DNA of 64,000 nucleotides. Source: a virus (Duplodnaviria; Heunggongvirae; Uroviricota; Caudoviricetes). The stretch is from the IMG/VR virus record IMGVR_UViG_3300050821_009523; one strand, 5' to 3'. Under the pieces are notes generated by a model. That model saw only the letters and a program-made list of their open reading frames with translations. It had not been told where the DNA came from and did not search any database. This document shows positions 19,801-28,338 of the stretch, one piece after another (the first letter of the stretch is position 1; each line of letters opens with the position of its first letter). The position numbers and the translations under genes are program-made.

Positions 19801-21611
19801 CCCTCGCCGCGATCAACAAGACTTGGGACGACGCCGAGAAGCTCGCAGGCAAGAACCATGCGGCGCTCGAAAAAATCAACAAGGACCGCGCCATAGAGAT
19901 CGCAGAGCTAAACGCACAGAGCCGTGCGGATATTTTTACTAAGGTGCGCGACTTCACGATGAACGGCAACGATAGCGTTGCGAAGCAAATGGACCAGGTT
20001 GGCGATAGCGCCAATACGCTGATCGCCTCGCTGCGCGAGCTGTGGAAGGCGGGTGTTATCACAACCCAAGAGCTACACCAAAATGCCAACGCTGTCCGCG
20101 CAGCCGCAAAGGCGCAGCAGGCGGCGCTCCTCGCGGCCTTTGAAAAAACCGTCAGCGATTTTATCAATGCGGGTAGCGGCAAAGCGTTCGCCGTTACGAG
20201 CGCTGTCGATGCCGTGGGGGACAGCGCTGACAAGCTGATCGCGAGCCTTACGGCGCTTGCACAGTCTGGCTACATCACGGCACAGCAGCTTGCGGACCAG
20301 TCCGCCGCCATCCGGCAAGCCGAGTTGCGGCAGCAGCAGGATATCGTCACGAATGCGGGTAACCAGTTGCTCCAAGAGCTTTACGGCTATCTGAAGGACG
20401 ATAAGGATGCCGCGAAACTCAAGTATGACCTCACGGTAGCGGATCTCCAAATGCGGCGCGCGGAACTGGAAATCGAGCTGACGACGCTCAATATGTCGAA
20501 GAGCATTTTGGCAGAGCTGGACCCGCTCATCGCAAAGGTGATCGCTGGCGGCCCAGCGCTCTTCGAAACAAATAGCAGCACCAACGCGGCAGCGGCGAGT
20601 AGCGCGACAGCCCTGTCAAACGCGCTCGATAGCGCCGTCACGTCGCTTAAGGAATTCCGCGACAGCTTGGGGCTCGACACCGCGCTGTCACCCTACACGC
20701 CGATGCAGCAATTCCAGATGGCGCAGGCCACCTATCAGCAGACTGCGCAGTTGGCGCTTACCGGAAATGCCCAAGCGATTCAGCAGCTCTCGACCGATGC
20801 GAAACAATATCTCACTGCCGCGCGCGCTTATCTGGGGAGCACCGAGGGTTATACAGAGATTTTCGACGCCGTGATGGCGTTGCTCAACAACATCCTGGCG
20901 GCGTTCCCCCCCGCTAGCACTACGGGCAACCAGCCGGCGGGACAGTTGACCGGGCCGGCCGGCCAGCCGCCGGATTACGTACTGGCATACGGCCCGAATG
21001 GTCAAACGGTACTCGTGCCGCCTGGCGCTGCCCTTGGCCCCGGGTGGAGTTTTGATCCGCAGCCACCCCCGCCGCCGGGCGGAGGCCCGAACATCGGCGG
21101 CGATCCGACGCACGGCCATGGCCCCGTGCCACCACCTAGTGGCGTGACGCCCCCCCCACCTGATCCGGCGGCGGCACTACAGACTCTGGCTGACAATGCA
21201 ACTACGGCCGCTGCGAATCTCGGGGCACTCGCCACCGGCTTCACTACGCTCGCGCAGGCACTTGCCGCAATGGCGGCGTCATTGCACGGACATGTGCCGG
21301 GCTTTGCGCTGGGAGGCGTTGTGTCGGGTGACCAGTTGGTGCGGGTAGGTGAGGGTGGGCCGGAGGCAATTATCCCGCTGGCGGGCGGCAGGGCCGTGCC
21401 TGTGCGGATTCAGGGCGGCGGCGCGCCAGCGGCCAGTAGTGACACCGGTGCGGTTGCAGCAGAAATCAGGGCGCTGCACGGCACGCTGATGACCGGTATC
21501 GTGCGGCTTGAGAAGGCGATTCTGAGCCAAGCTAGAGAGAACGCCACCACAAAGACTGCCGCGCAGCGCGCCAGCTCGCTTGTGCTTGTGGGGCGCCAAG
21601 TGAAGCAATGA
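13836..21611 (+). CDS. Tail tape measure protein (2591 aa)
   Basis: Giant Ala-rich helical ORF downstream of the G/GT chaperones. Hydrophobic segments around residues 340-780 typical of TMP cores. Coiled-coil repeats. C-terminal Pro/Gly-rich region. Confidence 0.85.
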   Translation: MADSESLLISVDPGGVVSGVRVAAASLDQLKASAASALTGVSGVTQAAGAFTGAASGMAQAAGTVTVALRTQSGAISQIAAQQAVMAQATQALATKYAGATGDMAAATTEWKAKVQEVYTYLLTGKEAFGSWATAGVTSYREVIDAVAEVETSLGLLMLTQGTYTTTAATATSATITEAAAMDALAAAIVQVREAQAATAGTGAVAGATQATTGVVNVTAIEAEAAARGADTTALNAEAAAAARLDAVLTDLAGKTTAASLRVMVAGDAPALALVNAELEQRDALIAAGAAMYSKEGEFIILNEAGAAAVRTQVVALQEQQAALAAVNAEQAETAGALGNIEAIGARMVIRMVLMGIVLALGAVVTKSVEAATAFENSMTRLQTLVGVSKTEADSYRGAMADIAVSTGQTADENAKAMFAITSEGMRGQSALDLLKASAEGAAVGLGDQTVVARTAAAAIEAYGAQNLSAKEAIGGLILAAREGNTTVESIASAFGRVLGVAAAVHVGFDDVISSIASFTRMGVSAQEAATGLRSTIQALELRNTKGANDALKTIGMSVASLREEIQSKGLAASLVDIVAKFNAAGSGAEAMAKIIPNIRGLAEVLSNANSQATAYVGISERVHAEMGTALDDANKIAEQNPANVFRQMTAAVGVAAIAIASGLLPQLVGVANAIKEAATSGDLQKWASVAATAFGGVVEIGKVLAAILANLPFLITAYAGSLAIAAAAETSVADAGAFVALRLEAIGAAIAANPVGAAAAAFVLLALAMNRVAVESIADSNAFLDETARMAAQEPVLARLRQGYDVLTKSIRDQGDALRENRDKGTVTAVPASTPSGSVTPGFGAQASTSANSFLGQMDAINKAYQVQVQAAGQDKTAVAAADAERTHEITNLQVSTQAFLDHARAVLTDRDAALKDQIANRDLVAEQLRQAQQRPTVRIGGADPITVRNPAIDQNAAALQNLNNQIKTNTTQLANDKAGLDAQQAALNKSKVAAQQTGTAHQDLAKGVQSAITAIKDQIALQAVEAADAAKVAQAELGGAEAVRQASIAAAADKQIREDVNKLVKAGMSDKAAETLVEKTYGDQIRKNATDLSNAAQEKARDAAIYQQGKTLAEAEAVAQAKVADAANGNTFASQQLTAQYRTEQEIERLFPNIHSADAEAFSAKQAAIENARVAGEKDSAAMKVQVEDSTKLREAEAALKDAIGNTTANSKELAIQLEAEKRIKEQGAAGDAVKVAAITAEVRSTRDSVDADKNKIEVLKDLAKYTDDEVKAEAKVQDLATRLGIERQMSPALAAIVAQYKELRTASEAVKTEELVQIEIAKKKIDLNATGAAAAIAQIRAEVIEREKTLDTLGKQEEALKQLADTEKSASATFGSDLKKSGEDAVVAWLTGTQVSFKNLLVQMDKDFADWLLKAGERALQENLAQKALGNLDSTFGGGGLPGQISVAFSGLDAAAQKIARAGDTMAGAGTVLRDSADIHTAAAATQTGAAATQTTAAVAHGAAATTQGAAAATNVGAAATHVVAAGTQVGAAGTQVGAGTTQVGASSTQTGAAATQSVAADTQVAAANENAASGAGNAAGGGGGLFGNIGSWFSGLGAGAIVGLIGAAVVIGAALIDSHQVDAWRARQYSTEANVSLTSGPQYSATGHLLSDFPAGAVNLGIGNMDATGQKFSEALQSFFMKFEQATGSILTQLPHIELQIKADGKDYAVVVAGQVIGFFQDVASATNAAIIAGLKAGNWKNLPQIIQDYITSATSPTGNQPAGVDPNVVLQNATTLKTIMDNYALALQGAGAAVSTTMQGFIDEADKMRQAVLSMHLSAQDTATMLSQIDATLAINIQAERDALTGHKESNAQMQAEEAAAFNAKKAIAVAQVLIDEQTILNMIATADATAGFGNAIGGVGAGIARTAEGMLKIVGVVTGGSQALVDAYNQLVAVEQQLQKIPDLKPGDVKIPGGSSSGASNAQQLADIFKQFDERNLGAYGKSLAAINKTWDDAEKLAGKNHAALEKINKDRAIEIAELNAQSRADIFTKVRDFTMNGNDSVAKQMDQVGDSANTLIASLRELWKAGVITTQELHQNANAVRAAAKAQQAALLAAFEKTVSDFINAGSGKAFAVTSAVDAVGDSADKLIASLTALAQSGYITAQQLADQSAAIRQAELRQQQDIVTNAGNQLLQELYGYLKDDKDAAKLKYDLTVADLQMRRAELEIELTTLNMSKSILAELDPLIAKVIAGGPALFETNSSTNAAAASSATALSNALDSAVTSLKEFRDSLGLDTALSPYTPMQQFQMAQATYQQTAQLALTGNAQAIQQLSTDAKQYLTAARAYLGSTEGYTEIFDAVMALLNNILAAFPPASTTGNQPAGQLTGPAGQPPDYVLAYGPNGQTVLVPPGAALGPGWSFDPQPPPPPGGGPNIGGDPTHGHGPVPPPSGVTPPPPDPAAALQTLADNATTAAANLGALATGFTTLAQALAAMAASLHGHVPGFALGGVVSGDQLVRVGEGGPEAIIPLAGGRAVPVRIQGGGAPAASSDTGAVAAEIRALHGTLMTGIVRLEKAILSQARENATTKTAAQRASSLVLVGRQVKQ
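18290..18560 (+). repeat. Internal tandem repeat in the tape measure gene encoding about 10 copies of an (A)AATQ(T/V)GAA-like motif
   Basis: Protein: TQTGAAATQTTAAVAHGAAATTQGAAAATNVGAAATHVVAAGTQVGAAGTQVGAGTTQVGASSTQTGAAATQSVAADTQVAAA. Confidence 0.5.
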
Positions 21612-24600
21612 GCGCCTATACGGACTTGCTGGCCGATGCGGACGCGCAGCTTGCGCTCCTTGTGGTGGTGTCGGGGCTCAACGCGCAATCCGGCCTCGTG
21701 GAGACGTACTACTTCTGCGACCAGGGGACGGCCAATACACCCGCGAGCGGCTTCATCACGGAGCCAACCGATACGCCGGCCAACCAGATCTTCGAACCGC
21801 GAATCATCTCGGCGCTATCGATCGACGCGTCTGTCGCGCAAAAGGACCAGTTTGGGGGCGAGAGCTTTCCCGCCTATGGCCCGTGGCAGTTTGACAACAC
21901 GGATGGCGGCAGCGCAACGCTCACGTCCCTCGTGGTTAGCGGCAATATCGCAACGGCTGCGTGTGCAAACCCGCACCCGTGGGGCAACGGCGCCCTAATC
22001 TCGATCCGCGGTGCGGCAAGCGCCGTCTACAACGTCACGCGGCAGCCCGTCACGGTGCCGGACGGCCCAGCGCCCACCACGTTTAGCTTTCCACTCGTGA
22101 CGGCCAACGCCACGGTCAGCGGGCCGCTTACCGCCACAAGCGGCCTCGACAATTGGCGGACGCTTTCGTTTGATGGGCAGTTGCTCATCGCGTACATCGT
22201 CGGCACGCGCTTTAACGGTACGGTTGTGGGTTGGGCGCAGGCAGGCGTCCCGTTTACCGGTACGGTGGCGGGTGACGCACTGGTGGACGAGCAGAAAGCC
22301 ACCCTGAATGCGCGTGACCTATCGGCGTATCTTTCGCGCGACGTGCAGACCCACCTCTACCGCGGCATGTCGAATTGCCTTGCGCTGGATGGCGCCACGC
22401 AGTATGCCGTCCTGACGAGTTTCGCAAGCAGCGCCGAAAAGACGTACGAGTGCTGGTTCCGCTGCAAGGGCAACAACGGCGCGGCCAACACCCAGACGGT
22501 TGCGTTTCAGGGGGTGCAGACCGGCGCGAATAACGAGGACTGGCACATTCAGATCGACACCGCGGGGCACGTTGGGTTTGTGGTATACAACGGGGGCGCC
22601 AGCAGCGTGGCCGTGACGGCAAGCACCGCAGACTACCGCGACGGAAAATGGCACCACGCGGCTTTGGCCATCACGACGGCTGGCGCGCTGATGTCAGCCT
22701 ATTTGGACGGCGTGCTGGTCGGCACCGCGACACCGGGTGCCTTCACGGTGCGTACCGGGAACCTCGTGGCGGGTGTCGGCACGGGTGGCAACTATTTCTA
22801 CGGCGAGATCGACGAGATCCGGTTCTGGTCCGTCGCGTTGGGGCAGCTTGAGATCCAGCAAAACATGGCACGCGAGCGCGTAGCGGACAGCCGCATGCGC
22901 GGCTATTGGCGTTGTAACGACAACATCAATAACTCGCTCTTTGACGCCAGCAACAACGGGCTCACCGGCAGGCTCACGGGCAACGTTGCGAACAATATGT
23001 GGACGTGGTCGGGCGAAGGTTACCCCGACATTGCGGGCCAGCAGAAGCCCTTTGCCGTAGGGCCAATTGCAGAATTTTCCCCTACGCTCGTGGACCCCGG
23101 CAGGCTTATCTACCAGGCCCATGACGGCGCCATCCTTGGTGTCCCGTGGGTTTGGGACAAGACGGGGCCGCTCACGCCGGCTGTGAGTTGGCAGATACTA
23201 GACGCGGCGCGCGGCTTTCTCCAATTGCTCGTCGCGCCGCAAGGTAAGATCTCATGCAGCGTCCAGCCGGCTACGAACATCTTTGGTAGTTGCCTGAGCT
23301 TTGACGGCGCTACGGGCTTTGCGAGTGCCACCTCGATGCCGTGCCCTGCCGGCAGCATGTCGCTCGAGGCACTCGTGCGCCTGCGGGCGATGAACGCGGC
23401 AAACGTAAAGATCGCTACCTTTTCGGCAAGTGGCGGCGTTGCGGCCGGGTTGCGGCAAGTGCAGTTTATGGCTGCTGGCCTAGCGCAGTTTAGCGTCCGG
23501 AACGACGCTGGCACTGCCTATAGCGCGACAGCTGCCGTGCCGGCAACACCAGGCTTGTGGTATTGGGTGGCGGGCGTGCTGGACGTACCGAACTTGCTGT
23601 TGACTCTCTATGTCAACGGCATTTCTGTCGCCACTGCCGCTGTGACAGGCACATTCAACACCGTGCTGTCCAACTTTTACATCGGGCGCCGCGATGATGC
23701 TGCGCAATACTTCCCTGGCGAGATCGACGAGGTACGCATCTGGAATGTTGTGCTCTCGGCCGCGACGATCAACGCCAACATGATGCGCGAATTGGCCGGC
23801 AACGAAACAGGCCTCGTGCACTATTGGGACTTTGACGACAACGCCGGCACCACAACGGCCGATGAGGTAGCGGGTGGCGCTACCGTGACGCTTGGCGGCC
23901 CAGCGGGTGTTGCGGCCTCAAGCACCGCCATCAGTGTGTCGAGCACGGACAACAGCTACAACCGTGCGGCGGGTAGTTTCGTGGCGGACGGCTTTACGGT
24001 GGGGCAACTGGTGCAGGCTTTTGGTTTCGCCAACGGCGCCAACAACGTGCAGTCCCGGATCGTGACGGTTGCGGCTGGCAAGATCACGGTCAACGTCTTG
24101 CTCACCACCGAGGCGGCTGCCACTGGCCAGACGCTTATCACAGCGGCCGGCTGCGCATGGGCGCCGTCGCGCTATTCGCGGGCAGACCTCGCGTACTGGC
24201 TCGTGACGGCCTCGCCCAATGCGCCGCTCAAGCCGGCGCAGATCGCCCTCGCGTCTTTCGTGCAGTTCAACATCGACGATAGCAGCGACAACGGCGAGTT
24301 GTGCGAGGCAAAGAAGGCGCGCACCTTCCTATCTGTCCTGGACGCGCTCATCAATTGGGACGGCTACTACGGCGGTACGCGCGCTGGCCTATTGCAGGTT
24401 GCATGCTTCAACCCGCCGACCGGCCTGACGTCAGCTGGCGACTTTGACGACAGCGCCATTACGGGCGATCTCGTACCAGTTGCACAGGCGCTCCCGGTCT
24501 ACGGCGTACAGGTCCAATATGCCCAAAATTGGGCAGTTTCTAGCCCGCAAGATATCATCGGGATCATTCAGTCGAACAGCGCGCGGTACAGCTTCGCCAC

Positions 24601-24919
24601 TAACCAATGGCGCACGGCGCCCAGCGGCCAGACGGTGCCGACCAGCACGTACCCAGATGGCGGCCTGCTGCTCGTCCCCACGACGCTACAGAGCCAAGCC
24701 GCGGCCCAAACGCTGTCGGACCGCCTTTACGGTATATACTCCGTACGGCATGACTACTACGAGGCGCCGCTAACGATCGTGCCGCTCTCCCTCGATACGG
24801 GTGCGGAGATCACCTTGCAGCGCAACCGGCTGGGCCTAGATGGCAAGCGGTGGTTCCGCCTCGTGGGGTACAAGACGGATGTCGATTTGCGGCAGATGAC
24901 CGCTAAAGTGTGGGCCTGA
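21608..24919 (+). CDS. Large tail protein (1103 aa) with two LamG/concanavalin-A-like lectin-type domains; candidate distal tail or baseplate protein
   Basis: Start overlaps the TMP stop. Two copies of a LamG_3-like signature (GEIDEIRFWSVALGQLEIQQNMARE and GEIDEVRIWNVVLSAATINANMMRE). Confidence 0.6.
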   Translation: MSAYTDLLADADAQLALLVVVSGLNAQSGLVETYYFCDQGTANTPASGFITEPTDTPANQIFEPRIISALSIDASVAQKDQFGGESFPAYGPWQFDNTDGGSATLTSLVVSGNIATAACANPHPWGNGALISIRGAASAVYNVTRQPVTVPDGPAPTTFSFPLVTANATVSGPLTATSGLDNWRTLSFDGQLLIAYIVGTRFNGTVVGWAQAGVPFTGTVAGDALVDEQKATLNARDLSAYLSRDVQTHLYRGMSNCLALDGATQYAVLTSFASSAEKTYECWFRCKGNNGAANTQTVAFQGVQTGANNEDWHIQIDTAGHVGFVVYNGGASSVAVTASTADYRDGKWHHAALAITTAGALMSAYLDGVLVGTATPGAFTVRTGNLVAGVGTGGNYFYGEIDEIRFWSVALGQLEIQQNMARERVADSRMRGYWRCNDNINNSLFDASNNGLTGRLTGNVANNMWTWSGEGYPDIAGQQKPFAVGPIAEFSPTLVDPGRLIYQAHDGAILGVPWVWDKTGPLTPAVSWQILDAARGFLQLLVAPQGKISCSVQPATNIFGSCLSFDGATGFASATSMPCPAGSMSLEALVRLRAMNAANVKIATFSASGGVAAGLRQVQFMAAGLAQFSVRNDAGTAYSATAAVPATPGLWYWVAGVLDVPNLLLTLYVNGISVATAAVTGTFNTVLSNFYIGRRDDAAQYFPGEIDEVRIWNVVLSAATINANMMRELAGNETGLVHYWDFDDNAGTTTADEVAGGATVTLGGPAGVAASSTAISVSSTDNSYNRAAGSFVADGFTVGQLVQAFGFANGANNVQSRIVTVAAGKITVNVLLTTEAAATGQTLITAAGCAWAPSRYSRADLAYWLVTASPNAPLKPAQIALASFVQFNIDDSSDNGELCEAKKARTFLSVLDALINWDGYYGGTRAGLLQVACFNPPTGLTSAGDFDDSAITGDLVPVAQALPVYGVQVQYAQNWAVSSPQDIIGIIQSNSARYSFATNQWRTAPSGQTVPTSTYPDGGLLLVPTTLQSQAAAQTLSDRLYGIYSVRHDYYEAPLTIVPLSLDTGAEITLQRNRLGLDGKRWFRLVGYKTDVDLRQMTAKVWA

Positions 24920-24920
24920 G

Positions 24921-26339
24921 ATGCCGGGTAGTGTTCTGCTCAACACGAACATCGCGTTGCTTGGGCTGCCCAACCTCGCCGACAGCGCCACTCTAACGAG
25001 CAGCCCCGTTGCAGTCAGTGCAAACGGGCAACCGCTCTCTGCGGCCAACCTACAAAACCCTGCGCTCCCGGTTGTCTGGCGCAGCGCCAGTAGGGCCAGT
25101 CCCTTTGCCACCTATATTGCGGGTAATATGGGCGGCTTTGCACGTACCGTGTCGGGCATTGCGTTCATCGGCCATTCTCTTAACGGCTATACGCAAGCGT
25201 ATAACTCGCCACCCGTTGCGACAGCGCAGTGGCGGTGGCGCAGTGCTGGTTGGGCAGGCAGCCAAATCTACCCTATTTTGTGCAAAACTACTCCGCTTGC
25301 GATCTTAACATCAACGAATCTCTCCGGTGCCGTTAGTGCAATTCAAGACCCCGATCCAGAGAATTGGGACGCGAATTGGCTCACTGCGACTAGCGGTGGT
25401 AGCAATACGTCCCTTCGGATATCGTTTGCAAATCCTACATATATGCAATTGGGTACGGCCGCAACAACCAATAACAACACCACAACTTTACCAATCGCAC
25501 AGATCTTTTACGTAACGGTGCGGCGCACCTCGGGCGGCGGCGGCACAGCCCCGACCGTTGCGTTTACGCTCTACGAAAATGGCGTGTCCAGGGGCACGAT
25601 TACTGGCGGTGGACCAGTGTCATCAACTACCGGCGTCACATATGTTATTTTTTGGTCTGGCGCGTCCCTGTCTAACCAGGGGGACGATGGGCGCGTGCAG
25701 TTACAGATCGACGGCGCAGCGGCCGGTGGCAATACGGTGGAGATCGGGGCCGCTGGTTGGGCTAAAGAAATAGTGGCGGGCAGCGGCTACACCTACAATG
25801 ATTCCGGCTGGATGCCGGTAGTGTTGCCGTTGTCGTACCCGTCCTATACCTCGCCGTTGACGGAGACGTACTTCCCCGGGGCTATCAACGTAGATAGCTT
25901 TTTCCTCGACTTTCAGGATTCAGGGAACGTCAATAACTATCTCCAAGCCGGCCGGCTAATTGTCTCAGTAGCGTATACCTTTGCGGTGGGCGTGGACTAT
26001 GGGTGGGGCATCTCCTACAATGACTATTCAGGTAAAGCGCGCACCAAAGGCGGCCAGCCGGTAAACAACCGCACGTATCGGGTGCGTGAATTTGTGGGCC
26101 AGCTGACAGCCCTGACGCAGACCGAGGCATATACAATTCTCGACAACTTGGACAGAATGAAGGGCACGACGGGAGATTTCCTCTGCATCGTGCACCCGGA
26201 CGATCCCAACTACCGCTATATGCGCACCATGTATTGTCAGCAGTTGCTACTCAATGGTGCGCAAAACCAAGACGCACTGATTTCGCAGTGGAACATCGAT
26301 CACTACCAACGCAAACTGCTCTTCGAGGAACGCCTGTAA
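24921..26339 (+). CDS. Tail fibre / receptor-binding protein candidate (472 aa)
   Basis: Follows the distal tail protein. Gly/Ser/Thr/Asn-rich. Contains a 270-bp low-GC patch (25265-25530). Confidence 0.5.
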   Translation: MPGSVLLNTNIALLGLPNLADSATLTSSPVAVSANGQPLSAANLQNPALPVVWRSASRASPFATYIAGNMGGFARTVSGIAFIGHSLNGYTQAYNSPPVATAQWRWRSAGWAGSQIYPILCKTTPLAILTSTNLSGAVSAIQDPDPENWDANWLTATSGGSNTSLRISFANPTYMQLGTAATTNNNTTTLPIAQIFYVTVRRTSGGGGTAPTVAFTLYENGVSRGTITGGGPVSSTTGVTYVIFWSGASLSNQGDDGRVQLQIDGAAAGGNTVEIGAAGWAKEIVAGSGYTYNDSGWMPVVLPLSYPSYTSPLTETYFPGAINVDSFFLDFQDSGNVNNYLQAGRLIVSVAYTFAVGVDYGWGISYNDYSGKARTKGGQPVNNRTYRVREFVGQLTALTQTEAYTILDNLDRMKGTTGDFLCIVHPDDPNYRYMRTMYCQQLLLNGAQNQDALISQWNIDHYQRKLLFEERL

Positions 26340-26341
26340 TG

Positions 26342-26755
26342 CTAGGGGCAACTCGCGGGCAACGAGAAGACGTCAACGATATAGGTCTGCCCGAACTCGT
26401 CGCGCAGCGCGTTGACGTGGCCGGCCACCCGGATACAGGTGCCCGCGCTCATCAGCCGGCAGTTGATCGGGCTGTCGGGCGGCACATAGACGCCACCCGG
26501 GAGGTGCAGGGCGCTGTTGATCTGCTGGGTAGTGACTTCAATGTACGGATCACCCACACTAGGGCCGTAGGTGTTGTCCACCAGCGCGCAGATCGTGCGT
26601 CCGTCGGGCGCCTGCATGAAGATGGAGGTTGCCTGTCCAAACTCGCGCGGGTCTGCCACGGTGCCCTTGACGGGGCCAAAATAGCCGACTATCTGCGCTG
26701 GTACCTGACTGGCGGTAAGGGCCAAACCGAGTGCGGCGATCAACAAACTGCGCAT
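26342..26755 (-). CDS. Secreted protein with N-terminal signal peptide (MRSLLIAALGLALTASQVPAQ...), 137 aa; moron-like
   Basis: Start at the internal Met with a GGAGGA RBS 5 nt upstream. Classic n-h-c signal peptide. Opposite strand, abutting the end of the tail module. Confidence 0.5.
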   Translation of the reverse strand: MRSLLIAALGLALTASQVPAQIVGYFGPVKGTVADPREFGQATSIFMQAPDGRTICALVDNTYGPSVGDPYIEVTTQQINSALHLPGGVYVPPDSPINCRLMSAGTCIRVAGHVNALRDEFGQTYIVDVFSLPASCP

Positions 26756-26770
26756 GGTGTCCTCCGACAA

Positions 26771-27263
26771 TACCCCGGCGGCAACGGCCTACGGCTTGCG
26801 CCTGGCAAGGTGGGCCGCCAGCGCGCTGCGCACCGGGGTAACGTTGGGCCAGTTGTGGGTAACTGCCAGGCGCCCCACCAAAGGCGAGCGTACCAGTTTG
26901 CGGCTGCGATGACAAGTGCAGCCGTTACCGTGTTAGGGTGTATAGCAGGAGAAGATTTAGTGGAGGGCGCCAAGCTTTTGAGGGCCTGGCGCCCGGCCAA
27001 CCGGACGGGTTGGTTGCAAGCCGAGGGGAATACTACCAGGATGCTACCCAGAGTGCAAGTCTCAAACTGCATCCAGGAGTTGCATGGGCCACGAGCGGCG
27101 GCGGCCCACGAGTGGAGCGACCAGGAAACCCGGGCTCCGGGCCGATAATAGATTCGGCGCGAAACCCCTACGTCCCGGTCACGGCACGGCCGAAAGGCCG
27201 CCATTGTACTAACTGGCTGCTCCGCCCGCCTCCCCTCAAATGCCAAGGGAAGGGGTGTAGGCC
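26771..27263. other. About 490 bp noncoding region with reduced GC and several GC-rich hairpins; candidate promoter/UTR or small RNA region
   Basis: The only ORF here (26234-27148 +) is an Arg-rich antisense artefact. Hairpins such as gggcc-N12-ggccc and cccgggctccgggcc. Confidence 0.3.
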
Positions 27264-27593
27264 ATGGGACAAGGAATCGCTGACCACTTGGCGCTGATTG
27301 CACTCGGCACGCTGGCAACACAGTTGGTGCTCGGGTTCATCGCGTTCTATGGCTTTTACGCCGTCGGTAGGCGCATTATATCGGTGGAGATACCGGGTGT
27401 CATCTCCAACGTCAACGAGCGCATGGAGAAGTTCGAGCGCGGGTTGGAAACGCTGCACAAAGATCTAGTGGAATTGCGCCGGGACTTCGCAGCGTTCCGC
27501 GAGACGGCGGCCGAGCGCCAAGGGCTGCTCCAAACGCTGAACGAAAGAATCAAATGGATGGAAGACGCAAAGCGGAGAACGCCGCGGAGTTAA
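27264..27593 (+). CDS. Small membrane protein: N-terminal TM helix plus coiled-coil (109 aa); holin/spanin-like or regulatory
   Basis: TM helix LALIALGTLATQLVLGFIAFYGFYAV followed by a heptad-like charged helix. RBS GGGAAGGGG. Confidence 0.45.
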   Translation: MGQGIADHLALIALGTLATQLVLGFIAFYGFYAVGRRIISVEIPGVISNVNERMEKFERGLETLHKDLVELRRDFAAFRETAAERQGLLQTLNERIKWMEDAKRRTPRS

Positions 27594-27596
27594 GGC

Positions 27597-27944
27597 ATGG
27601 AGCCGCAACCGCAGCCAGTGCACCTCGAAGCAAGGCTCGAGGTCAAGGGAATGGTGATGCCGGCGTGGTTTTGCATGGTTTTGATAGGTGCTTTTGTGCT
27701 AGCGGTAGCAACTATGTTGATCGGCGCCGCGACGATCAGCGCACAAACTAGGGAGATGCGCGTGCTTGAATTGCATGTCCAGGACATCGAAAGCGTTTTG
27801 ATACGGGCCGGTATCGCGCGGCGTAGCGATTTCGCCGCTTGGGTCAACGGTCAAGTAAAGGCGCGCGATGAGCAAGATAGCGATAGCGGCGCCGTTAGTA
27901 TTAAGCCGCATACACAGAGCAACGCAGGAGGCGGGAGGCGTTGA
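27597..27944 (+). CDS. Small membrane protein: TM helix plus coiled-coil (115 aa)
   Basis: TM helix MPAWFCMVLIGAFVLAVATMLIGAA. Start 4 nt after the upstream stop. Confidence 0.45.
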   Translation: MEPQPQPVHLEARLEVKGMVMPAWFCMVLIGAFVLAVATMLIGAATISAQTREMRVLELHVQDIESVLIRAGIARRSDFAAWVNGQVKARDEQDSDSGAVSIKPHTQSNAGGGRR

Positions 27945-27963
27945 CAATGTGGGGAGATGTAAA

Positions 27964-28338
27964 ATGTCTGGCGCACGTTGTAAAGAGATCATCGACAACC
28001 TCGCGACAATTGCCGCGGCAGCCATCTACTACCAGCACCAGCCGCAACAGTCCGGGCTACTGGAAAGCCACGAGCAGGTGGCTCCTGCCGATCTACAACT
28101 GATCTGCATGAAGTGCATGTGCCTTGGGCCTACGACCGCGCTAGTGGGCAGCAGCAGCGGTGCGTACGTAGTCCAACAGGATGACGTGGACAAGATCTCG
28201 GTGGCATGTGCAGGCGTGGTGGCGGCCTTCAAGACACGCGCACGCGCCACCATTCATGCGGCAGCCGTAGCGTTCGGCGCCGCTGTGGACCAACTGCTGA
28301 CGGAGTATGGCTACCCGCCGGCAGGCGCGGGCACCTGA
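27964..28338 (+). CDS. Hypothetical protein (124 aa), start refined to the ATG with a GGGGAGA RBS
   Basis: RBS GGGGAGAtgtaaaATG. Its stop overlaps the PAS gene start. Confidence 0.35.
   Translation: MSGARCKEIIDNLATIAAAAIYYQHQPQQSGLLESHEQVAPADLQLICMKCMCLGPTTALVGSSSGAYVVQQDDVDKISVACAGVVAAFKTRARATIHAAAVAFGAAVDQLLTEYGYPPAGAGT

Noticed and set aside
26234-27148. 304-aa + strand ORF overlapping the secreted-protein gene and the noncoding region
   Set aside because: Extremely Arg/Gly/Ala-rich, typical antisense artefact of high-GC DNA. It has no RBS. The opposite strand encodes a well-formed signal-peptide protein with a strong RBS.
27944-27975. TTGACA hexamer upstream of ORF 27964 as a promoter
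   Set aside because: No acceptable -10 element at 15-19 bp spacing. The downstream TAAAAT is only 13 nt away.
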